Origin: Candidatus Omnitrophota bacterium
GTDB lineage: Bacteria; Omnitrophota; Gorgyraeia; Zapsychrales; Fredricksoniimonadaceae
Length of the DNA: 64,000 nt
Direction of reading: 5' to 3'
Assembly (NCBI GenBank): GCA_028870995.1
Contig: JAGWOI010000004.1
Location: 17,578-81,577 of the forward strand
This document shows, in pieces, positions 17,654 to 25,976 of this stretch; within the stretch, counting starts at the first letter, position 1; the number at the start of each line of letters is the position of its first letter. The notes beneath the pieces were generated by a model that searched no databases, was not told the DNA's origin, and was given only the letters and a program-made list of their open reading frames with translations. A program made the translations under genes and the position numbers.

Positions 17654-17682
17654 TTGACTCCTCCTTTAGGCCATGGCAGAAT
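17654..17682 (+). promoter_or_regulatory. sigma70-type promoter of the OMP gene
   Basis: TTGACT (17654), 17 nt, CAGAAT with extended TG. Confidence 0.45.
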
Positions 17683-17845
17683 AACCGCAGTTTTATTCCA
17701 CCCAGATGATTTTAAGCTTGACCGAGAAAGGAGGGATGCTCTAGAACGGTTAAAAATCATCACCATGGGGTCTATTTAGTTATTTTTCTAGGCCAATAGA
17801 CACCTAGATATATTCATATAAACCCAATATTCTTGGGAGATAGCA

Positions 17846-19258
17846 ATGAAAAAATTATTAGTTGCTGCTTTATTCGTGGTATTAGCCTCACCGGCTTTCG
17901 CGGCTATTCAGAACGTGAAGGTCAGCGGCGATATCACCACCTCGTTTGTTCATCGCAATGATTTTACCTTGGGCACGCCGACAGGTGATCTGTATCTCGA
18001 CGGCCTCAAGAAGCAAAACGTGTTCCTGACCCAAACTCAGGTCCGCATTGACGCTGACTTAAGCGACAATGTGTCCGCCACAGTTGCGTTGCTCAATGAG
18101 CGCGCCTGGAACAACGGCAGCGGTCTTGCTACCCCTACAGATCAAAACGTTGAGATCTACCTGGCCAATGTGACCTTGCGTGAGTTCTTATATTCTCCGC
18201 TCACCTTGACCATCGGTCGTCAGATCTTCACCTACGGTAACGGCTTGGTTCTGGGCAACGGCCCGGCCAACCAGACCAACGGCGGTTTGCAGTTCATCGC
18301 CCAGGATCTAGGCTGGTCAACCGCTGAAGATGGTGTCAAGGCCACCTTGGATTATAAGCCTTTGACCATCGACCTGATCTACTTCAAGAATGATCAGAAG
18401 AACCTCACGGGCGTGATCCAAAATGGCGGTGCCTCAAGCGCCAACCAAAGCTCAGAAGTGTTCGGTTATAATGCCAATTACCAGCTGAGCGATCCCTGGA
18501 ATACGGTTATCGAACAGTATGTGTTCAGCCGTGTTGATGAAGCCGGTTACACGACCAACAACAAGAGCGATAAGCTCTATGTTCCCGGCTTACGTGCCAG
18601 CACCAATCCTATCAAAGGGTTGAACATCCAGGGCGAAATTGCCTGGCAATTGGGTGATAAGGTTGTTACAGCTAATGGTGGTCAGCAAGCCGAAGGCCGT
18701 GATGCCATGGCTATTCAAGCCCTGGCCAGCTATTCGCTGCCGGTGATGGTTAAATACAAACCGACGGTGAATGCTTCTTACACCTACTTCTCTGGTGATA
18801 AGATGTCAGCCACCAACGGCATCTCAGGCAACAAGGATGCCAGGCACTACAGCGCCTGGGATGTGTTCATGGGAGATTTTGGTGCCGGCACCATCTACAG
18901 CGCCATCTATCCCTTGACCAACATGAACATCCTTTCCGCCGGTGCTTCAGTCAGCCCGTTGGAAGATGTGACCACCAGCTTCACGTGGAGCAATCTATGG
19001 GCTGCGGACAGCTACTCTACCAACAATCCTCTGCAGATCTATCAGCCGACTGAGGGTACTGAGCTCAACACCCTGACTACCAAGAACAACGGTGCTAGAG
19101 GCTTGGGTAATGAGTATGATGTGAACCTGAACTATAACTACACTGAAGATGTTACCTTTGGTGTGAGTTTAGGCTGGTATGTTCCCGGTTCCGCGTTGGC
19201 CAATACCAACCGCGACACCGCGAGCCAAGCCATCGCAAGTTTGGGCGTGAAATTCTAA
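17846..19258 (+). CDS. Outer-membrane beta-barrel protein, alginate-export (AlgE)-like family
   Basis: Signal peptide (SPAFA), LTIGRQ..YGNG, LGNEYD, terminal GVKF. Confidence 0.78.
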   Translation: MKKLLVAALFVVLASPAFAAIQNVKVSGDITTSFVHRNDFTLGTPTGDLYLDGLKKQNVFLTQTQVRIDADLSDNVSATVALLNERAWNNGSGLATPTDQNVEIYLANVTLREFLYSPLTLTIGRQIFTYGNGLVLGNGPANQTNGGLQFIAQDLGWSTAEDGVKATLDYKPLTIDLIYFKNDQKNLTGVIQNGGASSANQSSEVFGYNANYQLSDPWNTVIEQYVFSRVDEAGYTTNNKSDKLYVPGLRASTNPIKGLNIQGEIAWQLGDKVVTANGGQQAEGRDAMAIQALASYSLPVMVKYKPTVNASYTYFSGDKMSATNGISGNKDARHYSAWDVFMGDFGAGTIYSAIYPLTNMNILSAGASVSPLEDVTTSFTWSNLWAADSYSTNNPLQIYQPTEGTELNTLTTKNNGARGLGNEYDVNLNYNYTEDVTFGVSLGWYVPGSALANTNRDTASQAIASLGVKF

Positions 19259-19284
19259 ACTTGTCGATTGCAAGTGGTTGTTTC

Positions 19285-19319
19285 AAAACCCCCGTTCGAT
19301 CCTTGAACGGGGGTTTTTT
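19285..19319 (+). terminator. Rho-independent terminator
   Basis: AAAACCCCCGTTC..GAACGGGGG followed by a T tract. Confidence 0.88.
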
Positions 19320-19487
19320 ATTTTCTCGACGAGAAATCGCTTTCCCCCATTTTAAAAACCCTTTAAAATTTTTGACATTATTATTTCCATTTGTGTTTTC
19401 TTTGTTATGATAATTTTAAAGATACATAAGTCATTAAAATTTAAGCCGTTATACGTTGTTTTTCCGTAGAAGAGAGCCAGTCGCCGT

Positions 19488-20066
19488 ATGACCCGTGATG
19501 AGATATATGATCACCTTGCCAAGGTTTATTTAGGCAAGCGCGAAGGTGCATCGCCTAAAAAAAGTAAACCCAAAAAAATCAACCGCTCGCTGTTGGTGAT
19601 CAACGTGGTGATCACCTTGGTCATCGTGATTTCGGCGGTCTACGGGTTTACGGCTTTCCTGACGCGCCGCGGTGATTTGAAGTCGCAGGTTTTTTACGCG
19701 TTGAACAATGAGCCGATCCGCATTGCGTATGACCTTAATGACCCGTATCCGTCGACAAAGACATTTTCGGTCACGCTCCCGACCAAGGATGTGTCCAAAT
19801 ACAGCGCCTTGAACATTTCGCTGCGGGGCTTGGACGGGGCCTATCCGGGGATCGTGAAGGTGGTGGTCACCAACCAGAAGGACGAGCGGGGGACCTATTA
19901 TATCCAGAATGTGGGCTCAACCTGGCAGAAGGCCAGTATCCCCTTTGACAAATTGAATTTGACGGACTGGACGACCGTCACCAAGGTGTCCTTTGTCCTG
20001 GAAGCATGGAATGTGGATTTCCGTCGGGGAACGCTGTTGATCGACGGGGTCAGTTTCTCAAATTAA
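19488..20066 (+). CDS. Single-pass membrane protein with a CBM11/galactose-binding-like domain
   Basis: Basic N-terminus, one TM, WQKASIPF..GTLLIDGVSF beta-sandwich pattern. Confidence 0.65.
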   Translation: MTRDEIYDHLAKVYLGKREGASPKKSKPKKINRSLLVINVVITLVIVISAVYGFTAFLTRRGDLKSQVFYALNNEPIRIAYDLNDPYPSTKTFSVTLPTKDVSKYSALNISLRGLDGAYPGIVKVVVTNQKDERGTYYIQNVGSTWQKASIPFDKLNLTDWTTVTKVSFVLEAWNVDFRRGTLLIDGVSFSN

Positions 20067-20080
20067 GGAGACAGTTGTTT

Positions 20081-21256
20081 ATGAAAATCATTTCCATTGC
20101 CAACCAAAAAGGCGGGTGCGGTAAAACCACGACGGCCATCAACCTGGCCTCGACGCTGTCCTTCAACGGCCAGAAAACGCTTTTGATCGACCTCGATCCC
20201 CAGGCGCACGCGACCCTGGGTCTGAACGTCGAGGACCAGAACAGCCTTTACAACTGCATCTCCAAACTGACCCCGCATAAACTGAAGATCAAGGACATCA
20301 TAAAGCCGGTGGGCAAGAGCTTTGATATCGTGCCTTCCAACGTGTTGGTGGGCACCCTGGAACAGGAACTGGCCGATGAGATCGGCCGGGAACTTAAGCT
20401 GGTGGAGATTATCGATGAAATCAAGGGCCTTTATGACTATATTCTCATCGACTGCCCGCCCTCCCTGGGGTTTCTCACGGTCAACTCCATCCGCGCCAGC
20501 GATGAACTGATCATTCCGGTTGAGACCAGCCGTTTCTCCATGCAGGGGGTCGACCACCTGATGGACATCACCAATTTGATCCGCGAGAGGCTTGGCCATC
20601 CGGTCAAGCCCAAGGTGCTGATCACCATGTTCGACTCCCGCCTGCGGCATTCCTTTACCATGTTAAACAAGATGAAAGAGAAATTCAGCGGCATGCTCTT
20701 CGACACCATCGTGCATGTCAACGTCAAGCTTAAAGAGGCCGCGGTCATGGGCGAGGCGGTCATCCGCTACGACAAATACTGCCGCGGTTCCAAGGACTAT
20801 TTGAGCCTGGCCCGCGAAATCCTCACCGCCGACCGCCAGCCGATCGTGCCGGAAGTCAAGGTGACCAGTATGCCTACCGTGGCGGCGGTCCTGGAAGCCC
20901 TTCAAGAACCCAAGGAGGTCCAGGCGTCGGCGCCTGCCTCATACCAGCCTTCCGAACGCATGCAGGAATTGATCCAAAAGGAAACTCAGGAGCTCTTGAA
21001 GGCCACCACCTTTTCTCTGGCAGCGCCGGAGGCCAAATCGGTGTATGTGACCGGTTCCTTCAATGATTGGTCGCTGGACGAGAACTGCCGGATGGCCGGC
21101 CAGGACGGCCTCTGGACCCTGAAGGTCAGCCTCAAGCCGGGGACCTATAAATATCAGTTCATCGTCGACGGCAAATGGCAGGAGGATCCGGCCAACGCCA
21201 ACATGGAGCGCAATTCCTTCGGCGACATCAATTCCCTGATCGAGGTCAAGGCCTAA
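20081..21256 (+). CDS. ParA/Soj ATPase fused to a C-terminal CBM48/AMPK-beta glycogen-binding domain
   Basis: NQKGGCGKTT, DLDPQ, IDCPP; APEAKSVYVTGSFNDW..PGTYKYQFIVDGKW..DP; SD AAGGAG. Confidence 0.9.
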   Translation: MKIISIANQKGGCGKTTTAINLASTLSFNGQKTLLIDLDPQAHATLGLNVEDQNSLYNCISKLTPHKLKIKDIIKPVGKSFDIVPSNVLVGTLEQELADEIGRELKLVEIIDEIKGLYDYILIDCPPSLGFLTVNSIRASDELIIPVETSRFSMQGVDHLMDITNLIRERLGHPVKPKVLITMFDSRLRHSFTMLNKMKEKFSGMLFDTIVHVNVKLKEAAVMGEAVIRYDKYCRGSKDYLSLAREILTADRQPIVPEVKVTSMPTVAAVLEALQEPKEVQASAPASYQPSERMQELIQKETQELLKATTFSLAAPEAKSVYVTGSFNDWSLDENCRMAGQDGLWTLKVSLKPGTYKYQFIVDGKWQEDPANANMERNSFGDINSLIEVKA

Positions 21257-21274
21257 AAGGGGACTGGCTCTTTT
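21255..21274. repeat. Degenerate copy of the palindrome family
   Basis: AAAAGGGGACTGGCTCTTTT at the ParA stop. Confidence 0.55.
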
Positions 21275-21295
21275 GAAGCGCTTCAAGAGTTCCTT

Positions 21296-21613
21296 ATGAA
21301 ATCCAATTTTTCAAAAGAGGATGTCAGCGACGGAAAAATGTATGCGGTCCTGGCCTACCTGTCCATCTTTTGCATCATCCCCCTCATCCTTAAGAAAAAC
21401 AATCCTTTTGTTTTAAATCACGGCCGGCAAGGCCTGGTGCTTTTCGTGGCCGAGGTGGCCACCCTGGTCATCAGCATTGTGGTGCCGTGGGCTTTCCGGC
21501 CTTTCCTGTTCATTCTGTTCGCCTTTTCTTTCTGGGGCATGGTCACGGCCATTCGCGGCCAGGTGGTCGAGCTGCCGGTAGTGGCCGGGATCGCCGAGAA
21601 AATTACAATATAG
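21296..21613 (+). CDS. Small membrane protein, DUF4870-like
   Basis: AVLAYL..IPL, FVLNHGRQGLVLF, LPVVAGIA. Confidence 0.75.
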   Translation: MKSNFSKEDVSDGKMYAVLAYLSIFCIIPLILKKNNPFVLNHGRQGLVLFVAEVATLVISIVVPWAFRPFLFILFAFSFWGMVTAIRGQVVELPVVAGIAEKITI

Positions 21614-21615
21614 AT

Positions 21616-22137
21616 ATGTTCCATAAAATCGTTGATGTCCTCAAAGAGGTCTTTTGGATCAAGCCTTCCCGGAAGAAACCCAAGACCGCCCGGCGTAAGA
21701 GCGCCAAAAGGCCTGCTGTTAAAAAAAAGGCGCTCAGGCCAAAACCCAAGAAAAAGGGGACAGTCCCCTTGAAAAAAAGGGGACAGTCCCCTTTTTCTGA
21801 AAAGCCGGCGGCGGCCAAGCCGGTCAAACCCAGGCCGGCGCCTAAAGCTGCCGTCAAAGGTGCCAAGTCTTCTGCCAGGGCCATTGATCCTTCCTTGACC
21901 GAAGTAGGGAACATCACGCATTATTTCGACCGCATTAAGGTTTGTGTGGTCCAGGTGACCTTCGGAACCGTTTTAATAGGGGACAAGTTGACCGTTTTGG
22001 GACCGAAGACAAAGTTCATTCAAAAAGTGTGGTCCATGCAAATTGAAAGTGAAGATGTAAAAGTTGCTAAGAAAGGTCAATTAATAGGGTTGAAGGTTGA
22101 TAAAGTTGTTTCTGTAGGCGACAAGGTTTACAAATGA
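21616..22137 (+). CDS. K/A/P-rich N-terminus plus EF-Tu domain-II-like beta-barrel (translation elongation factor-like protein)
   Basis: VGNITHYFDRIKV..QKVWSMQI..GQLIGLKV..GDKVYK. Confidence 0.75.
   Translation: MFHKIVDVLKEVFWIKPSRKKPKTARRKSAKRPAVKKKALRPKPKKKGTVPLKKRGQSPFSEKPAAAKPVKPRPAPKAAVKGAKSSARAIDPSLTEVGNITHYFDRIKVCVVQVTFGTVLIGDKLTVLGPKTKFIQKVWSMQIESEDVKVAKKGQLIGLKVDKVVSVGDKVYK
21751..21796. repeat. Two tandem palindrome copies inside a CDS
   Basis: AAAAAGGGGACAGTCCCCTT and AAAAAGGGGACAGTCCCCTTTTT, read as KKGTVPL and KRGQSPF. Confidence 0.85.
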
Positions 22138-22179
22138 GATTGCCCCCTTGGGGGGGATATGATATATTTAATTACGGCT

Positions 22180-22353
22180 ATGAATTCCAAAGGGCAAAAT
22201 ATCATCGAGTATATCCTGATGGTGACCGCAGTCTTGCTGGTTTGTATCTACTTTTTTACAGCCGGCCCCATGAAGCAAAGCGTTAACACCGCCCTCAACA
22301 CCATGGTCAATGAGATCCAAAACATCAACAGCCAGATCAACTTCAGCCCCTAA
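22180..22353 (+). CDS. Flp/Tad-type (type IVb) pilin-like protein
   Basis: KG|QNIIEY prepilin motif followed by a hydrophobic helix. Confidence 0.65.
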   Translation: MNSKGQNIIEYILMVTAVLLVCIYFFTAGPMKQSVNTALNTMVNEIQNINSQINFSP

Positions 22354-22361
22354 TTTCGCTC

Positions 22362-22730
22362 ATGAAGAAACTTAAGGCGCATCATCAACAGCTGGTCCGC
22401 CGTTATTTGCTCTGGGCCTACAAAACCACCAGGGAGGATTTCGAGCGCATCGAGCGCAAGACCACCCAGTTGCTTGTCGACGAATACATTTTGGCGTATT
22501 TGACCACCCAAAAAGCCCGGGTCCCTGAAACATTCAAGGCCTATATCGCCGCCAAGCACAAGGACGAAGTGAAGTTAAAGTCACAGCCGGAGTATCTTCA
22601 TTTGAAGAACCGTCTGGAAGCGGTTGAGGCGGCCATCAGGCACTTTTTGGGCGCCAAAGAATTGGCCGGTATTGAGAAACTTTATGAAGGGGAGTTTACC
22701 AGGCGCATCCTGGAGGCGAGGGAACACTAA
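22362..22730 (+). CDS. Hypothetical protein
   Basis: 122-aa ORF, helical and charged. Confidence 0.7.
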   Translation: MKKLKAHHQQLVRRYLLWAYKTTREDFERIERKTTQLLVDEYILAYLTTQKARVPETFKAYIAAKHKDEVKLKSQPEYLHLKNRLEAVEAAIRHFLGAKELAGIEKLYEGEFTRRILEAREH

Positions 22731-22951
22731 AACTTCTGGGATTCCTGGTCTTCTATTTTCTGCTTCATGCTGTCCATCAGTTCCCGCTGTTTTTCTTTAG
22801 TCTGATCAATGCTTTGCTGGGCCTCGGTTTTGACTGCGGAAGAATCAATCGCTGCAGGGGCATGAGAGAAGCTTTTGTTCAGGCCGCCCCAGAGCATGCC
22901 AAGGGCCCACATACCGGCGACAACTATGATAATGATGATTCCAAAGTTCAT
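22727..22951 (-). CDS. Small membrane-anchored coiled-coil protein
   Basis: N-terminal TM, charged helical tail. Confidence 0.65.
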   Translation of the reverse strand: MNFGIIIIIVVAGMWALGMLWGGLNKSFSHAPAAIDSSAVKTEAQQSIDQTKEKQRELMDSMKQKIEDQESQKF

Positions 22952-22976
22952 GTGAATAGTATATAATAAATTTCGT

Positions 22977-23423
22977 ATGCGGGTACTGTTTTTGATTATA
23001 TCTGTTTTTTTGGCTTGGGCCGGGCAAGCAAGGGCCGTGGAAGTTTATGTGGGCGGCCACCGGTATGATTCTTTCCAGGCTTATCGGGCGGCCCAAAAAG
23101 CAGTCCGTACCGCCCTAGTCACCGCGGCCCTGGACGAGCAGCAGGAAGAGTATAAGAACAAGGTCAAAATCACCCGGTTCAATGAGGCCCAGGCGCACCG
23201 GTTGTACGTGTTGGGTGTCGAAAATGGAATGAAAGAGGCCGCGCAGAGGTTTTTCATAAATCCGGGAGCGGCCGGCGCTCCTGCTGCTCAGCATATATCC
23301 TCAGAACAATTGCAAAAGGCCCTTGAGCAGGCAATGGGCAAGTCCAAAGGGCCGAAACTTTTGATCGCCGGTCCCGGCAAGGTGCGCGTCATGGCCCTGG
23401 CGCCCAATGAACAGGCCAAATAG
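22977..23423 (+). CDS. Hypothetical secreted protein
   Basis: Signal peptide ending ARA. Confidence 0.65.
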   Translation: MRVLFLIISVFLAWAGQARAVEVYVGGHRYDSFQAYRAAQKAVRTALVTAALDEQQEEYKNKVKITRFNEAQAHRLYVLGVENGMKEAAQRFFINPGAAGAPAAQHISSEQLQKALEQAMGKSKGPKLLIAGPGKVRVMALAPNEQAK

Positions 23424-23452
23424 GGGGCCAGGCGCACGGTTTGAGGTTTTTC

Positions 23453-23481
23453 TTGACTAGGTTGCGCAATCCAGCTATAAT
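23453..23481 (+). promoter_or_regulatory. sigma70 promoter of rpsO-pnp
   Basis: TTGACT, 17 nt, TATAAT. Confidence 0.8.
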
Positions 23482-23541
23482 TTGCGCTCTTATATAGGTC
23501 AAATGAATAAGCGCGGGGTCGCGCTAAAAGGAGGAAGTACG

Positions 23542-23811
23542 TTGGTTCTCATGAAAGAAAAGAAAACAGAAGTCATCAGCCGTTTCAAGACCCACGCCAA
23601 GGACACGGGCTCTGCTCCTGTCCAGATCGCGGTCCTGACGGAACAGATCAATCAGCTCAACGAGCATTTTAAAACCCACAAGAAGGATTTCCATTCCCGC
23701 CGTGGCATGTTGATGCTCATCGGCAAGCGCCGCCGTATGCTGGACTATCTCCAGAAGCAAGATCCCAAAAAATACGAAGAAACCATCAATAAGCTCGATT
23801 TACGCAAGTAA
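23542..23811 (+). CDS. rpsO: 30S ribosomal protein S15
   Basis: [20 protein letters not shown]; SD AGGAGG favours TTG 23542 (ATG 23551 alternative). Confidence 0.97.
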   Translation: MVLMKEKKTEVISRFKTHAKDTGSAPVQIAVLTEQINQLNEHFKTHKKDFHSRRGMLMLIGKRRRMLDYLQKQDPKKYEETINKLDLRK

Positions 23812-23848
23812 CCTCACTCGAGCACTTTTTTAAGAAAGGGTCTTTTAT

Positions 23849-25954
23849 ATGGCACAAGCGCGTGTGGAAATTCCTTTTGGATCTTCCAGTCTAGTCATTG
23901 AATCCGGTAAATTGGCCAAGCAGGCCAATGGGGCTGTAACCGTTTCCTGCGGCGGTACCGTTGTTTTGGTCACGGCCTGTATGGCCAAGCAGCCCAGGGA
24001 GGGGATCGATTTCTTCCCCCTGACGGTTGAATACCAGGAAAAAACTTATTCCGCAGGGAAGATCCCCGGCGGCTTTTTCAAGCGTGAAGGCCGTTCGACG
24101 GAACGTGAAATCCTCGTCTCCCGCCTGATCGACCGTTCCATCCGCCCCTTGTTCCCCGAAGGCTGCCTGAACGAAGTGCAGGTCATTGCCTCCGTCCTGA
24201 GCCATGACGGCGAAAATGATCCCGACATCCTGGCCATGATCGGCGCCTCCGCGGCGCTTATGGTTTCGGATATCCCTTTTGACGGCCCCATCGGTGCTTC
24301 AAGAGTCTGTCTTATCGACGGTACTCTCACGGCCAACCCCACCTTTGCCCAGCGCAAAGAAAAGAACACCATGGATTTGGTAGTGGCAGGTTGGGGCAGC
24401 GGCATTGTCATGATCGAAGGCGAGTCCATTGAAGTTCCCGAACCGCAAGTGCTGGAAGGCCTGAAAATGGCATTGGACACCTTACAGGCTGCCAAGAACG
24501 CCCAGGTGCAGTTGGCCAAGCAGGCGGGGAAGGCCAGGGTTGAAATACCTTTACGCCACGTGAATCCGGATTTTGCCGCCTACGTGCGTCAGCAGGCCAT
24601 CGGGCCCTTGAATGACGCCTACACCAAAATTGCCGACAAGCAAAAGCGCGAAGAGGCGGTCAATGCGGTATTTGCCAAACTGACCGAGAACATGGACGCC
24701 TATGCCCAATTCAACAGCAAGGAGCATGAGATCGGCAAGGGCGATATCGCCGCTCAATTTGAAATTTTGCAGTACGAGGTCATCCGCAACAACGTCTTTG
24801 ACAAAGGCATCCGTGCCGACGGCCGCGGCTTGAAGGACATCCGAGACATCAGCTGCGAGGCAGGCGTACTGCCACGCACGCACGGATCGGCCCTGTTCAC
24901 CCGCGGGCAGACCCAGAGCTTAGGGGTGATCACGCTGGGCACCAAGGATGACGAGCAGCTCATCGAAGGCCTGGAAGAAACCAGTTACAGGACCTTTATG
25001 CTTCATTACAATTTTCCGTCTTTCAGCGTGGGTGAAACCAAGCCCATGCGCGGGCCTGGCCGCCGCGAGATCGGCCATGGGGCCCTTGCAGCCAAGGCCG
25101 TCAAGGCCATGCTGCCGTCGAAGGATGAGTTTCCCTATACGATCCGTGTCGTTTCCGAGATCCTGGAATCCAACGGTTCGTCATCCATGGCCTCGGTGTG
25201 TTCCGCCTCCCTGGCTTTAATGGACGCCGGTGTGCCCATCAAGGCGCCGGTGGCCGGTATTTCCATCGGCCTTATTTCCGATGAGAAACGCAAGGTGCTC
25301 ATCACCGACATCATGGGCCTGGAAGATCATTTCGGCGACATGGATTTCAAGGTGGCCGGTACCTCCAAGGGCGTCAACGCCATCCAGCTGGACCTGAAGA
25401 TCAGAGAGCTTTCCATCGAACTTTTGGAAAAGGCCATCGCCCAGTCCAAGGAAGCGCGCACGATCATTTTAGACAAGATGCATGCCGCGATCTCCTCACC
25501 CCGCGCAGACCTTTCACCGTACGCGCCGCGCATCGTGACCCTGCAGATTCCTCAAGACAAGATCGGCGAGGTCATAGGGCCGGGCGGCAAAACCATCCGC
25601 AAGATGATCGAAGAAAGCGGTGTCACTTCCATCGACATCGAAGAGGACGGCAAGGTCATCGTGGCTTCCCCTGACAAGGAAGCGCTCGACCGCGCCGTTG
25701 GGATGATAAAATCTTTGACCGAAGAGCCTGAGATTGGTAAAATCTACGAAGCAACCGTGAAACGCATCATGAATTTCGGCGCCTTCGTGGAATTCTTACC
25801 TGGCCGCGAAGGGTTGGTCCACGTTTCCGAGATGGCCAATAAATTTGTCAAGGACGTCAACGAGGTAGTCAAGGTCGGCGACAAATTCAAGGTCAAGCTC
25901 GTGGAAAAAGATGAGATGGGCCGGTTTAACCTGAGCAAAAAGCAGGCCGACTAA
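23849..25954 (+). CDS. pnp: Polyribonucleotide nucleotidyltransferase
   Basis: DFFPLTV, FTRGQTQ, SNGSSSMAS, KH and S1 domains. Confidence 0.98.
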   Translation: MAQARVEIPFGSSSLVIESGKLAKQANGAVTVSCGGTVVLVTACMAKQPREGIDFFPLTVEYQEKTYSAGKIPGGFFKREGRSTEREILVSRLIDRSIRPLFPEGCLNEVQVIASVLSHDGENDPDILAMIGASAALMVSDIPFDGPIGASRVCLIDGTLTANPTFAQRKEKNTMDLVVAGWGSGIVMIEGESIEVPEPQVLEGLKMALDTLQAAKNAQVQLAKQAGKARVEIPLRHVNPDFAAYVRQQAIGPLNDAYTKIADKQKREEAVNAVFAKLTENMDAYAQFNSKEHEIGKGDIAAQFEILQYEVIRNNVFDKGIRADGRGLKDIRDISCEAGVLPRTHGSALFTRGQTQSLGVITLGTKDDEQLIEGLEETSYRTFMLHYNFPSFSVGETKPMRGPGRREIGHGALAAKAVKAMLPSKDEFPYTIRVVSEILESNGSSSMASVCSASLALMDAGVPIKAPVAGISIGLISDEKRKVLITDIMGLEDHFGDMDFKVAGTSKGVNAIQLDLKIRELSIELLEKAIAQSKEARTIILDKMHAAISSPRADLSPYAPRIVTLQIPQDKIGEVIGPGGKTIRKMIEESGVTSIDIEEDGKVIVASPDKEALDRAVGMIKSLTEEPEIGKIYEATVKRIMNFGAFVEFLPGREGLVHVSEMANKFVKDVNEVVKVGDKFKVKLVEKDEMGRFNLSKKQAD

Positions 25955-25976
25955 AAAGATTTGGCCTCATCAGCTA

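Noticed and set aside
17632-17659. A fourth Pho-like box before the OMP gene
   Set aside because: Spacing is 11 then 10 nt and the last repeat is a normal -35 (TTGACT); layout differs from the other three
20081-21256. Chromosomal parAB/oriC locus
   Set aside because: No parB, dnaA or recognisable parS nearby
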